A stretch of DNA of 63,309 nt, filler included, from Stramenopiles sp. TOSAG23-3 (taxonomy: Eukaryota), in the NCBI GenBank assembly GCA_900128585.1. It is 13 parts of 13 records of this genome, joined end to end, with 100 filler letters (N's around TTAATTAATTAA, not from the genome) between each part and the next. Parts side by side here need not be neighbours in the genome. Positions count along the whole stretch, not along the records: positions 18,091 to 24,004 come from LT643415.1; positions 24,105 to 30,016 come from LT643416.1; positions 30,117 to 36,024 come from LT643417.1; 10 more parts are not named here. One strand, given 5' to 3'. Below the pieces are notes generated by a model. It was given only the letters and a program-made list of their open reading frames with translations, ran no database searches and had not been told where the DNA came from. Below, one piece after another: positions 19,214 through 30,788 of this stretch; the first letter of the stretch is position 1; each line of letters opens with the position of its first letter. The translations under genes and the position numbers were made by a program.

Positions 19214-22200
19214 TCAATCCATAAACTTATACACGTCCGTATTCAACTGGTCTAGCCGCTTCTTCAACGCGGTGGACAGAAAAATTCTTTCTATCGCTTT
19301 GAACAGCCGTTCTTCGGTTACCAGCGTTCGCCAAAATTTCTCTACCTTGTGGTGTTTCTGGAGCAACGGCATCACGACGTCCATTTCAGAGTCTACCAAA
19401 GCCGGGGCCAAGAGGCTCAAAATTGCGATGGCAGTACGAAACAAATAGGTGACCCCATCCAGGAGAAAATTGTCCCATACCCGCGATGCGATCTTAAGCG
19501 GCAGGTACTTTAAGAACACGGTCTGAATCCACGGGAACAAGTACATGTCGGAATTCACGTTTAAATTCTGGAAATGAACGTAAACGTTGTTCAACGAACT
19601 CTCCAGCGCGCTGTCAAACAAGCTCAGGTACTGATGAATCAGCGACGAATCGAGCAGGTAGAATACGAACAAGTGGTCCTTTACCATCAAGTTCACCAGG
19701 CACTGAAACGTAAGGTACTGGTCTGATATGTTCAGCAGCAGCATAGCAGCCATGTAGCTCATCCCCTGAACGTACCCCAAGTCGGGCCGGTGCATTGCGA
19801 ACGCCTCCAGGCACTCCCGCAGCGGCTTGCTCCACGGACCTTCGCCCCCGAACAGGTTTAGCCCAGGGAAAGTTCTGGCCAAATCAGCGTCAATGAGCGC
19901 CAAAGAGAGCGCCTCCTTCTTCGAGCCGTCCCCCTCCTCTACCGAACCATCCGCCAGCTTTTGGGAATGCAACTGCTTCGCGTGATTGAGCGTTATCCTG
20001 TACATTTTGGGGGTAACCTTCACAGCGTTCCCAATAATGCGCGGCCATGCAAACTCCCGCATTTGGAACGGTATGCCCGACCGGCATAGGTTTACCACCC
20101 ATTTTTCATTCCGTATGGAGTGCCACTGTGGAATGATCTGGGTTTCCCAGCGTTCGCGAAGGATACGGAGACGCTTGGTTTTGTTCTTTTCGTCTTTGGA
20201 GTCAATCACTTCTACGTCGGACAGCCGGGTCTTACGGACAATGTTAGACGCGTCGACCTTTTTCTTGCAAAGAACAAAAGTAGTGTTGAAGGCGCAAAAT
20301 ATTTGCATGTCGTCGCCTGGAACAATCGGAACCAACTTGGACTCGTCGTCCTTGTCGTTCTCATCGCCGATAGATCCTACCGACTTTGGAAAGAGAACGG
20401 GAGTGGGCGTGCCGCGCTGAATTTTGTGCCCGAGGCCCAGCGCACCCACAGTATTTGAGCCCCAGCTAAACACGCGCCCCTCTGAGGTCCCACATACGGT
20501 GTGAAAGGCCCCACAAGCAATAGTCTTCACTTTGTCGTGCTCCCCCAAGTCACGCTCCAAGTCAACGTACTGGGGCGAAGGCTCAAATATGGATGCCGTG
20601 CCCAACTGCCCACTCTCACCCCCGCCCCAGGCGTACACGCCGCCGTTTGCACACAGGGCTACTGTGTGCACGTGGCCGCAAGCGACGTCTACGACATCTT
20701 TCCCCTTCAAGGCCTTAATCGTGGCCGGGTACAGTTCATTCTTCATTTCCCCCGACCCGCACTGCCCCGTCTGGCCATTACCCCACATGAGCAGGCTCGT
20801 CCCTCGCTCCATCGAGACAGAGCCTGCGGTTTTTCTCCTCCCACCGAAGTAGAATTTATTGGTCGACTTTTTCTCCAGGCTTGGCGACGCAGAGGATTTC
20901 CCGGGAAGACCTTTCTTGCCCTGCTTATCCAGTTTCGGGGAGCCCCGCTCCCCCCGCCCCCCCTCATCTTCGCCTATTTGCACCACATTGCTACTGCCAA
21001 CGTTTTTCGAGAAAAATTGCGTGAAAATGTTCCCTTTCTTCGTTTTCACCCCTTCTATTGCAACGACCGCCGAAAAATCCCAGCCGCAGGCTATGTTCAG
21101 AATAGCGCCGACGTTCATCTCCACCAGGGTAGGCACCGTCTTTGACTCTTCGGTGCCCAGCCCTAAGCGACCATCGCTTCCATCGCCGCACGTATATACA
21201 AGGTTGTTTGCGGACAGAAACATGCTATGGTGACTCCCACACGCAAGTTGTGTTATGACATCTCCCAGAAGGTTCTCACATTTGCGAGGAACACTTTCAT
21301 CGTTTCTCGTTCCGTGCCCTAGGCATCCCTCTGACCCGTCACCCCAGGAGTACACCCGCCCATCGCCGGTGAGCGCGAGAATGTGGTGAGAGCCGCAAGA
21401 CACTTTTATGATGCGGGACGCATTTTTCGTCAAAGCGCGCTCCAGCGCCAATGTTCGAAAAATTCTCGGCGCCGGACCGCTCTCACTTTCGTTCGAGTTT
21501 TCAGTGTTTCCGCTCACAAATACATCCCCGTTCGCATCCAAATAATAACACGACGTGACTTGCCAAGCACACGCAACCTGGGTAACGTTCAGGCCGACGC
21601 TGTGGCAGCGCGGGCGCAGCGAGACAGGGGACTGACTTTGCACATCATCAAACACTTGGCCCCACACCCATAAATTATTCTCGTCCGCGAGCAACTCCAC
21701 GGCACCCTCGTTGTTTTCATTTTTGGAGTCGTCCGTGAGGTCACGAACCTGTTCCACATCGACGCTGGTGGCGTCGAGCCCTCCGCTCTCGCCAACATTG
21801 TCCCCGTCCCCTTCGCCTTGGCTCGGCCGTTTGGGGCTATGGCCAGCAGAGACCAGACTGGTCTTCTGCGGAATTAAATTGATATTGTCGGTTGTGTGAG
21901 AAAGCAAAAATTGAACCTTTTCTTTGTATTGAACAAACACCTTCCTCCCGTACTTTTCGATAAACGAGTGCTTTACCGCCGTGTAGGTAAGTTTTTTCCC
22001 GCCACTGTCGATCATACTGCGCAACTCCTCGAGCATTGGGTGTTCCTGGGCGATCTTATCGATTTGTCCACTATTTCGTTGCGGTGACGGGGGGGTTGCA
22101 TCGCTCTCGCCTAACGCCTCATTGTCCGTCTTTTCTACAAGCTTTGCGTCCGCGGGAACGGTGTCGACTTCGACCGGTTTCTGTCGTCTTTCCCGAAGCA

Positions 22201-22456
22201 CTTCCTTCACTTCCAGCAACGCCCCTTCGGATATTTTAGAAGATACCAGTTCTGTGGCACGTACCTTCTCCTGCTTGAGCTCACTCTCCAGAGCACTCAT
22301 CTCATTCTTCATGGTTATATTCGCCAACGTCAAAGCCGCTATTTTTTCGTGCAAGGCGTTTATTTCCGTATGGGTCGACCGCCCAGCCGTGGTGTGCACA
22401 GCGCCAGTGCCCTGCTGCGACTCCCGCTTTTTCTTTGACGACGAAAACTTAAACAT
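19214..22456 (-). CDS. RCC1-repeat plus Rab-GAP TBC domain protein with N-terminal coiled coil
   Basis: RCC1 repeats (CGSHHILAL..VYSWGDG..GCLGHG). TBC motifs GIP..R..AW, IDADLARTFP and YVQGMSY. Confidence 0.9.
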   Translation of the reverse strand: MFKFSSSKKKRESQQGTGAVHTTAGRSTHTEINALHEKIAALTLANITMKNEMSALESELKQEKVRATELVSSKISEGALLEVKEVLRERRQKPVEVDTVPADAKLVEKTDNEALGESDATPPSPQRNSGQIDKIAQEHPMLEELRSMIDSGGKKLTYTAVKHSFIEKYGRKVFVQYKEKVQFLLSHTTDNINLIPQKTSLVSAGHSPKRPSQGEGDGDNVGESGGLDATSVDVEQVRDLTDDSKNENNEGAVELLADENNLWVWGQVFDDVQSQSPVSLRPRCHSVGLNVTQVACAWQVTSCYYLDANGDVFVSGNTENSNESESGPAPRIFRTLALERALTKNASRIIKVSCGSHHILALTGDGRVYSWGDGSEGCLGHGTRNDESVPRKCENLLGDVITQLACGSHHSMFLSANNLVYTCGDGSDGRLGLGTEESKTVPTLVEMNVGAILNIACGWDFSAVVAIEGVKTKKGNIFTQFFSKNVGSSNVVQIGEDEGGRGERGSPKLDKQGKKGLPGKSSASPSLEKKSTNKFYFGGRRKTAGSVSMERGTSLLMWGNGQTGQCGSGEMKNELYPATIKALKGKDVVDVACGHVHTVALCANGGVYAWGGGESGQLGTASIFEPSPQYVDLERDLGEHDKVKTIACGAFHTVCGTSEGRVFSWGSNTVGALGLGHKIQRGTPTPVLFPKSVGSIGDENDKDDESKLVPIVPGDDMQIFCAFNTTFVLCKKKVDASNIVRKTRLSDVEVIDSKDEKNKTKRLRILRERWETQIIPQWHSIRNEKWVVNLCRSGIPFQMREFAWPRIIGNAVKVTPKMYRITLNHAKQLHSQKLADGSVEEGDGSKKEALSLALIDADLARTFPGLNLFGGEGPWSKPLRECLEAFAMHRPDLGYVQGMSYMAAMLLLNISDQYLTFQCLVNLMVKDHLFVFYLLDSSLIHQYLSLFDSALESSLNNVYVHFQNLNVNSDMYLFPWIQTVFLKYLPLKIASRVWDNFLLDGVTYLFRTAIAILSLLAPALVDSEMDVVMPLLQKHHKVEKFWRTLVTEERLFKAIERIFLSTALKKRLDQLNTDVYKFMD

Positions 22457-22992
22457 TTCGTATTTTTCCTGCCAAACCAACCAATCCACCAATCAGAACC
22501 AATCCAAAGAAGAAAGAACAAAAAGAGGGATAAAAAGAAGAAAAAACATATAGCTGTCATTAAACTTGTATTTGTTATTTATCAATCCATATATCAAAAA
22601 ATAAGTTTTGGAACTTCTATATCTAATAATATGAAAAAATATCGAACACACACGACGACGGATGTGATGATGATAATAGATATTTTAGTCCTAAGAAGAG
22701 AAGCTAAGAAGAGAATACTAAGATAATATTTCCTTAAAAGTACAATAAAAATAGTACAGTAGTAGTATTATTATTATAAACACATCATATAGAAACAGGA
22801 AGAAGGGAGGAATATTTTTTTTATTTTGTTGTTTTTTCCACTTTCAATTCGTAAGAAAAGAAGAAATATTATATATAAAAATATATATATAGGAATAATA
22901 AATAATATGATAACGGAGAATGTGCGCTTCCACATTATTGTTCAAAGTACCGTCGTTCTGCTTCAAGGTTCGTACGGATTAAAAAATATTTT

Positions 22993-23760
22993 TCAGGTCC
23001 ACACGACAACTTGCTCCCACCCGACCGCGGACGACGCGGTCACGACGCCGACCCCGAGGACGAACTCGCATGGCGCATAACCAGCCTCGGCGTTGCCGCC
23101 GTCGTCGTAGGGTGTGCCGCCTACCTGGTCCGCCGTGGTTTTGCGCTGAAACGTGAAGACACCGTGACCGCTGTTTTCGCCGGCGGTATTCAGGAGCACC
23201 ATGACCTCGTCGAGCAATCCTTCGTGGTCTTCGTCCTGAAACCACATTTCGAGGTCGGCAAACGTGAGTTTTGCCGCGGCGCTGAAATCGTTTCCATCCG
23301 CCGAACCAAGTGCTGCGCGGGCCTGTGCCACGACGTCATCGCCATCGCGAAGGCTGCTGTCCTCCGAGCCCGACCCCCCCGCGGCGGGCGGCGCTGCCAA
23401 TGGTTTCGCGAACAAGGATGCGTTGCCGCCACCTTCGTTCCCTCGGTGGCGCACCTGTCCGCTCACGACAGCACCCCCGAGCAATGCCTGTAGCGCCACA
23501 TACGTCGCATCTTCACACACCGCCACACTCCCTCTGCCACCTGGTACGTGTTGAAACGTGCCAATCGTTCCACTCATTCGCACAGCTATCTGCACGGCTT
23601 GGGAAGCACAACCGTATTACAGATTTTTTTTCTGGCGGTCGGGGCTGCCATTGGGGCTGCCGTCGGGGATGATGTTGGCGCTGCGGTCGGGGCTGCCGTT
23701 GGGGCTGCTGTAGGGGCTGCCGTCGGGGCTGCCGTTGGGGCCGCGGTCGGAAACTCTACA
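22993..23760 (-). pseudogene. GC-rich gene fragment: PTAA mucin-like repeats followed, out of frame, by a ~200-aa unknown domain
   Basis: (PTAA)n at 23637-23750. The downstream ORF 22993-23595 is in a different frame, and neither part has a convincing ATG start. Confidence 0.4.
23637..23750 (-). repeat. 12-bp coding minisatellite (PTAA)n
   Basis: GGGGCTGCCGTN units on the plus strand. Confidence 0.85.
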
Positions 23761-23925
23761 ATACGATTTTCTACCCACCCAAAAAATAAAATAAAACAAC
23801 AAACAACAAATTGATGAAATATTACGGTGGTACCGGTACTTGAACAACTTGGTAGACTATAATAATTGATACCTATAATAGTCGATGATAATGTACATTT
23901 AATCGCGATCTTATATTTTATCATC

Positions 23926-24004
23926 TTGTTTCTTTGTTTCTTTGTTTCTTTGTTTCTTTGTTTCTTTGTTTCTTTGTTTCTTTGTTTCTTTGTTTCTTTG
24001 TTTC
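23926..24004. repeat. (TTTCTTTG)n microsatellite at contig end
   Basis: Directly visible. Confidence 0.95.
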
Positions 24005-24914
24005 NNNNNNNNNNNNNNNNNNNNNNNNNNNNNNNNNNNNNNNNNNNNTTAATTAATTAANNNNNNNNNNNNNNNNNNNNNNNNNNNNNNNNNNNNNNNN
24101 NNNNGTATATAGCTACGTGTACAGGTATTATACCAGGTACCAAGAGGCTGATGAATTGTTCTCTCTACTACTATCATCTTCCTCCTACTACTACCGACCT
24201 CTTCTTCTTCTAATTAAAAATGTATATAAGTCGTCGGTGTTTTTCTTGTTCCAACGAACAACATACAAATAACATCGAATTGCTTGTTGCAGTGCAGTGC
24301 CCTTCCTTCTCTTTGACTGCTCCTGCTATGTAACCTATTATTATTTGGATTTAACGGTAATCCTGGTTCGTCAGCTCGTCAGCTCATCTCAGTCAGCTCG
24401 TCAGCTTCTTTATCTTTTAATTGATTTTTGTGTTGCTTGTTTTTGGTAATCCTCTGTACAGCTCTACGAGGATAAAGCTATATTCTAATTGCTTCTTTCG
24501 GTAGTTATATTTTATATTGATTTGAAACGACGATATGTTGTAAGTAGTATATTAGGACTAATAAAACCAACCACCCCCTCCCTGGGTATTATTAATAATA
24601 CGGTGCGGGACACTACACTGCCTGTACGTTCCTGTATTATAACTAAGCAATTATTAGAAGAAAAAAAAACAACAACTAACTGCTCATCCTTGTACCTTGG
24701 TATTATATTACAACAAACAACAACACACAACAACGAAGGAACGGGTATGAAATAAAAACAATAAAAATAATTAACACACAAACTAACCACCATCAACTGT
24801 TCTTTTGGCCCGAAGTTTGGGATACAAATTTAGTTTTTCGGTTGTACCCCGACCCGAAACAGAATATTCTCAAGTAACGAGAAAACGAGCAAAAGTCTGC
24901 AGCTGCACCTTGCC

Positions 24915-27428
24915 ATGGAAGAAGGTAATCTTCCGTGGTCGCCCGGTGCTGTCCCCACCCCGATGGGTGGAACTGAAGAGCGTTTTACACTTTCGCCGAC
25001 CGCAACTATAGAAACATGCTATGAAATCGACGAAGGGATTGTCGGTTGTGACCGCTTGTACTATATTATGGAGCGCAAAAACTTTCGGCAATATTACAGT
25101 GTGGTGCTGAGTATAAGAAAAATATTTAAGGAGGATTTTTCGTTGGGGAAAATAGCCGGGTCGAAGCTCAGTTGCTTCTCAAAAATGTTCGACCTTCTTA
25201 TAGACGTTTTGGTTCCCCCCAGTGCTAAAGCAGAAAAGTTGGCCGAAGTTTTTTCCGAGAGCATTACGCGACTTTGCAAGTCTGGGGAGTTGAATTCGGA
25301 CACTCTTCACAGCATTGTCGTCCCCGGTCTGATAAAGGTGCTGGAGTGTTACGTGGCATCCACGGCAGTGACGAAGGCGGTTTTGGAAGCCCTCGAGAGT
25401 GCCCTGCTTGAGAAAAATACTTTAAATCAATTTACAGTGCCACGTGCAATTATAGAGAAACGCGTATTGCCTTATCTGGTAGAGGAACATTTAGGCTACG
25501 GCACGCCTGCGTGTTGCCGGTGTTTTGCTATCCGGACTATAGGGACCATTTGCCAGCACAAGTTGGTAGGGGGGAAATACATAGAAGATTACGTCGTCGA
25601 GGTAATAATCCAATCCTGCAATGACGAAAACGCTGATGTCCGGCAGAGCGCTTGCGAACAGCTTACTTATGTGTGCCAGGCAATACCAAAACACCATATA
25701 CAATCGCACATTAGCAAAGAAATATACAATTTGTTATTAGATAGCAACTTTGAAGTGCGTAACGAAGCAGTCAAAACAGCAGTGAAATTAATTTTTGTGT
25801 TCCCGCCACGGTTCAGAAGAGAAAAGGTGTTCCCCTTGTTCCAAGCGGCAACTGAAATCGATAGGAAGAGCACAGAGTTTTTGCGGGCATTTCCAACTGT
25901 GTTACCGATCTTGCTAGACTATTTGAAAAATGATAAGACGACCTTTTCTTTGTTTGGGGCATATTTGCTAAGGTGGTACCTATCACTTGCGAAAAGTGAA
26001 GTGGAAGAGCACAGGTTCATTTGTGCATTCAATTTCCCGTTCATGGTAAGCAACTACGGCGTCGTGGAAGACGGCTATGAAAAATACTCGTTCCACGCGA
26101 TTGCGTACGACACGCTTTGTAGAGATAGTTCATTCAAAATTAGACAAACCATGGCATCCCACCTCCACGAATTGTTGCTGTTACTTGGGAAAATGGCGAC
26201 AAGGAACAAACTGATAGCGGCGTTTAACTTGTTTTTAGAAGACCGGAACCCTGCCGTGCAAGCTTCCGTAGTCAAGAATCTTGGCATCATATTGAAGATC
26301 ATTTCCCCTCATTTGGGAAAGAGCAAATCGCTCACGCTGAAATCTATTCTAAGGCACGAAATAGCAATTGAAGGGAATTGGAGGTTGCAAACTACATTTA
26401 TAAACTCTTTCCCCCTCTTTTGGAAGCATTTCGATCATACGGATGTTTACTCGTGGTGCCCAGCCATACTACATGGATACATACGGCACGGGGCGGCCCC
26501 GATACAGCAGCCGGCTGCGGACATCCTGATAATGTTGTCGCGGAAGTGCTTCAATGGGCGCCACAGGATTGATATGGTTGAAAACATTAAAATTAGGTAT
26601 TTTGAAAGCGATAGTTTTTTTAAACGTCGGTCGTTCCTAAAGCTATGCGATGCATGGCTGAAAATTTACAGTTACGCATTTTTTAAGGCAAACGTCTGGC
26701 CTTTAATGGAGGCATCGGTGAAAGTCGAGGTCCTTCCTGTGCTGCAGAAGGAAAGTCTAAAGCTATTGAAGCGTTTGGCGGTCTTGGCCTCTGGGAACAA
26801 CGATGCATGTGTAGTCGAATCCATCAAGTCTGCCATCATGAGTATAGCCAAGCAAAAGACTAATGACTCCCTTAGTAAAATAGCATTTGAGGCGTTCAAA
26901 TACTCCAACCAAGTTCAAAGTGACCGGGCGCATTTAGACGAAGTGTTGGCGGCGGATGACATGTTGGCAAAGCAAGAAGCGTCTATGCCCGACACAATGA
27001 ATCATAGTGTTACTACATACATAAACTGTGGGCCGATTTCTTCAATACCACGAAAGGGGGAAGGGAAGACTGTTTCTTCAGTTTTGCACAAAACGTTGAA
27101 AAAGAAAGGTTTGTACTCGAAGAATAAGCTAAAGATTTCCCCTGTTGTCGGTGCCACCAAGTCCCCCGTCACACCGGGGGAGACCAATTTTCCTAGGTTA
27201 AAGATGAAATCCAGGGTCACCATCCCAGAGTCGGGCGACTCGAAGCCGACGAAGAAAACTGCAGTTATGGGGAGTAATAAAAATGGTGGGCATAGCATCA
27301 TGAAAGGGGGGCAGAAAATGATTGCCAAAGTGCCGACAGCGCCAAACTCTCCAAACAAAAGGGGCTTGCAGAAAATCTCCCAGGTCCGCCGGCAAAGGCT
27401 AACTCACAACATTGCGGGAGAGAAATAA
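24915..27428 (+). CDS. HEAT-repeat phosphatase regulatory subunit, PPP4R4/PP2A-A-like
   Basis: HEAT motifs (CNDENADVRQSAC, LLDSNFEVRNEA, CAFNFP, LCRDSSFKIRQTMA, NWRLQ) and a basic disordered tail. Confidence 0.75.
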   Translation: MEEGNLPWSPGAVPTPMGGTEERFTLSPTATIETCYEIDEGIVGCDRLYYIMERKNFRQYYSVVLSIRKIFKEDFSLGKIAGSKLSCFSKMFDLLIDVLVPPSAKAEKLAEVFSESITRLCKSGELNSDTLHSIVVPGLIKVLECYVASTAVTKAVLEALESALLEKNTLNQFTVPRAIIEKRVLPYLVEEHLGYGTPACCRCFAIRTIGTICQHKLVGGKYIEDYVVEVIIQSCNDENADVRQSACEQLTYVCQAIPKHHIQSHISKEIYNLLLDSNFEVRNEAVKTAVKLIFVFPPRFRREKVFPLFQAATEIDRKSTEFLRAFPTVLPILLDYLKNDKTTFSLFGAYLLRWYLSLAKSEVEEHRFICAFNFPFMVSNYGVVEDGYEKYSFHAIAYDTLCRDSSFKIRQTMASHLHELLLLLGKMATRNKLIAAFNLFLEDRNPAVQASVVKNLGIILKIISPHLGKSKSLTLKSILRHEIAIEGNWRLQTTFINSFPLFWKHFDHTDVYSWCPAILHGYIRHGAAPIQQPAADILIMLSRKCFNGRHRIDMVENIKIRYFESDSFFKRRSFLKLCDAWLKIYSYAFFKANVWPLMEASVKVEVLPVLQKESLKLLKRLAVLASGNNDACVVESIKSAIMSIAKQKTNDSLSKIAFEAFKYSNQVQSDRAHLDEVLAADDMLAKQEASMPDTMNHSVTTYINCGPISSIPRKGEGKTVSSVLHKTLKKKGLYSKNKLKISPVVGATKSPVTPGETNFPRLKMKSRVTIPESGDSKPTKKTAVMGSNKNGGHSIMKGGQKMIAKVPTAPNSPNKRGLQKISQVRRQRLTHNIAGEK

Positions 27429-27723
27429 CGAGCAGAGGTGCGGGAGAGAAATAACGAGCAGAGAAGAAGCAAACTCGTTGACGAAAATTAAATTCCAACA
27501 AACAATGCATTAAAAAATAACTTATTTTTAACATCATCTCTCTCTCATAATTTTTAGAACTCTCTCTCCTTAAACTATATTAATTGGTTTACAATACCGA
27601 CAACAAGCACATTTAAAACACACATTCACGCCGCTTTTTGGAAAACCGCACAAGGACTGATTCATTCACGAGTGAGACATTGGTTGAGGAAGTTGACTAC
27701 GGATCTTTTGACATCGACGCAAT

Positions 27724-27856
27724 TCCACACACCGATTCGGGTCATCCATGGAGTACACGTGAGAATGGTAGTTAAGACTAAGTGACAAGGGTATATAGAT
27801 TTAGTAAAATCTCAGGAGCAGAGATAAGTTCGCAGTTTATGAAGGAATGTAAACCT
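27724..27856 (-). repeat. Diverged inverted copy of the internal part of the adjacent MITE-like element
   Basis: Its reverse complement aligns with 27989-28125 (shared blocks CATGGAGTACAC, ACTAAGTGACAAGGGTATA, AGATAAGTTCGCAGT, AATGTAAACCT). Confidence 0.85.
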
Positions 27857-27911
27857 TCATTGGACAAAAGGAGCTGATGACCTTTCGCGGGGTATATTTC
27901 AGAAGATAAAT

Positions 27912-28204
27912 TAAATAAGAAAATTGTCTGTTATTTAAGTAATTAAAAATTAATGTACTGCGAACTGAACTCTGAATTTAAACATTCGAGGTTTACATTT
28001 CCTTCATGTACACTGCGAACTTATCTTTGCTCTTTTGGGTTTACTAATCGATATACCCTTGTCACTTAGTGTTGCTTATCATTCTCAGGGTGTACTCCAT
28101 GCATGATCTGAATCGGTCAGGTGGATTAGCAATGCTTCCAGATGACTTCCTCATCAGAAGATAAATTTTAATTACTTAAATAACAGCCAAATGTTTTGTT
28201 TTTA
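27912..28204. mobile_element. MITE-like element (~290 bp) bounded by ~40-bp imperfect inverted ends
   Basis: Left end TAAATAAGAAAATTGTCTGTTATTTAAGTAATTAAAAATT. Right end reverse complement TAAAAACAAAACATTTGGCTGTTATTTAAGTAATTAAAATT. Non-coding interior. Confidence 0.6.
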
Positions 28205-28251
28205 ACTATGGTATCATATATGATATATTTTTTAGCTTTTCGGGTTTCAAT

Positions 28252-29334
28252 TTATGGCGAGAAGCACTGCCTCATTGTGTTGCTGTATGTTTTTCCAGCA
28301 GTGAAATCGTCCGACGTGTCAAGGAAAGCGGAATCCGAGTAATCGATTGCACTGCCTCCTGCAGAAACGTCGGAACCCACTGACAAAATCCTGTTTCTAG
28401 TCACTGGACCTTTTCGATTCGACCTGTGCGACGAGTGTGGGGATGTTAAACCCATAAATGTGCCTCCTTTCTCTGCTCTAACCAGCCGCTTTCTCAGGAG
28501 GCTGGATTTTCCAGGTCTAACGCCGTTGATGCATGGCATGTCGTTTGCACTACCGCTAGGGCCATCATAAAACTCGTTCGCCATCAATCCTGGTTTGTAT
28601 TTGACCCCTGTCATAGAACTGGTTTTTGGGTCTATGCTGGAGCCACTCTTCATTAATGCCCAGCCTCCTGGGACCGACGACCTCCATCGTGATGGGTCGG
28701 GTTTAACAAATCCTGACCCACGAGACAAAGAATGGGTTGGGCGCCCTCCTGGACCGTACGGCAAGGGTCCCTCTGGCTTTGGCTCGTAATCGAGCAGCTC
28801 TTGAAGCCTTTGCTTATCCGACTGGTACCTGTACCTCATATGGCCAGATATTTCTTTGGATGGATCTCGTGTGCGCATAAAGTAACGTTGGTTTTCGTAC
28901 ATTGGCTGCTTTAAGCGTGGCAGCACGGTCAATGGGCGGGCTGGAAGCTGCTTCGATTTGTCTATGTTGAGCAAGCCTCCTCCGTGGTACGCTGCCCGTG
29001 GCGTAAGGCTGTCTGGAGCAACGCTTATCGTTCGATCGCCGAGCTCTAGATATGTTTTTCTGGGCGGCCTAAACTTAACCATTGACGGATGAGGTGCGTT
29101 GGGGGTGGGTTTCTTCGCCGTTTGCGTACTGCACCAAGCCATGGCCCTTGTGTGGAAGCCGGCAGCAAGGGCTGCAGTATTTTTACCATATACGCGTCTA
29201 ACCCTGTCTTCTTTTTCCTTTCGGTTCGAGGTGCCAAACAATTTTCGTTTTGACCTCGCTTTGCGCTCCGCAATCTTTGCGCGCTTACGTTCCGTAAACA
29301 TGCTATACATGATTAACTGATACAGCCACACCAA
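28252..29334 (-). CDS. Basic hypothetical protein (~350 aa)
   Basis: Long GC-richer ORF. Likely start is one of the Met codons near 29310-29301. No family recognised. Confidence 0.7.
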   Translation of the reverse strand: MVWLYQLIMYSMFTERKRAKIAERKARSKRKLFGTSNRKEKEDRVRRVYGKNTAALAAGFHTRAMAWCSTQTAKKPTPNAPHPSMVKFRPPRKTYLELGDRTISVAPDSLTPRAAYHGGGLLNIDKSKQLPARPLTVLPRLKQPMYENQRYFMRTRDPSKEISGHMRYRYQSDKQRLQELLDYEPKPEGPLPYGPGGRPTHSLSRGSGFVKPDPSRWRSSVPGGWALMKSGSSIDPKTSSMTGVKYKPGLMANEFYDGPSGSANDMPCINGVRPGKSSLLRKRLVRAEKGGTFMGLTSPHSSHRSNRKGPVTRNRILSVGSDVSAGGSAIDYSDSAFLDTSDDFTAGKTYSNTMRQCFSP

Positions 29335-30788
29335 TTGTTACAGGAAGGTATTTCCCATGTACACTGTCTCGCTACTGGAAAGGAATATCGCAACGTTTTA
29401 ATTGCTACGGTTTTACTGTTGCCATAAATTCTGTTCTGGTACGATCAAACTCGAAATGGAAAATCTGAAGTATAAGAGAAGAACGACGTCGAATCCCTGG
29501 TGTTGTTGTTTTGGTGTATTTTGATGGTGTATATTATTATATTGGAGTGTGTGTTAGTGTCTTTTTTTAATTGTTAGTATAGTGCACAGTATATATTATA
29601 TAGTAAGTCATTAAAAAATCTCATAAAATCATAAAATATCAAAAGTGTATCTTCTTCGAGTAAAAATAAGGTTAAGGCCCTCCCTCTATAAGTATTTACC
29701 ATGTCGTAATATTGATTAAACATAATGTGATATAAGATTCACAAAGTGATCATTATTTCTTCCTTTGTATACATTGTTCCTTAATTAATATTCAAAGCAA
29801 CGAAAGATATTTTGGAAATATAATAAAAGATATGAAATGGAATAGAATAGAATTATATTTAATATATAATAATAATAGAATTAAAAAATTAATATTTGAG
29901 GTGTTCGTACTACTGTATTACTATATAACATATAACCTAATAAAATATCTTAGGTCGTATTCGTTCTACCTACGTAGCCATCCCATATTTATTTGATTTA
30001 ATTGGTTGGGGGGGGGNNNNNNNNNNNNNNNNNNNNNNNNNNNNNNNNNNNNNNNNNNNNTTAATTAATTAANNNNNNNNNNNNNNNNNNNNNNNNNNNN
30101 NNNNNNNNNNNNNNNNATTAATTATTATTACAATAAAGAGTTTTGCTGCATATTAAATAGTTCTAATATAATATTATAAGGAATCATATGTTATTTTATA
30201 CGATCCTAGCATTACATTATTAGCGTCTTCTCCTCGTAGCCAAAATAATGTGTCCAACAACAACGTAATAATATAATATTATTATTTTATTTAATGGAAT
30301 TGGAGTTTCTATTCTATCGTGTGATGATTCTTCTTCTGTTGTGTGCTCATCTATTTTATAAATTATTGTATATTTTTTATTATTACATTCAATCACTCAA
30401 TAATAAAAAAAATTAAAAATCAAAAAATTCACATGTCACACCACTTCACATAATAAAATATTTCAAATTAAAATTCTTAATAAAAATCAAAAGAACAGAG
30501 CGATTTCTTTTTCCTTTTTCTGTTTCCTCGAAAATATACGACCCAAATTTCTATGTAATGCGCATTACATTTATATATAGTAAAAGTATCAGAGCGTTTG
30601 AAGGACAGAAGTATAAATAAATTCATTCGCACCACGGTAGAGGAGGTGACTCAACACTTTTTGTCGGATAGTATAGCAACGAATCATGTTTCTCCCGGCT
30701 TCCACGTAAGGTTGTGTTGTTGTTGTTGCTGCTGTCGTGCATAACGGAAGGACTAAATTTTTGACGAGTGCGCCCACAGACATTTTAC

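Noticed and set aside
27413-27463. 26-bp tandem duplication spanning the PPP4R4-like stop codon
   Set aside because: A simple two-copy local duplication that does not change the protein.
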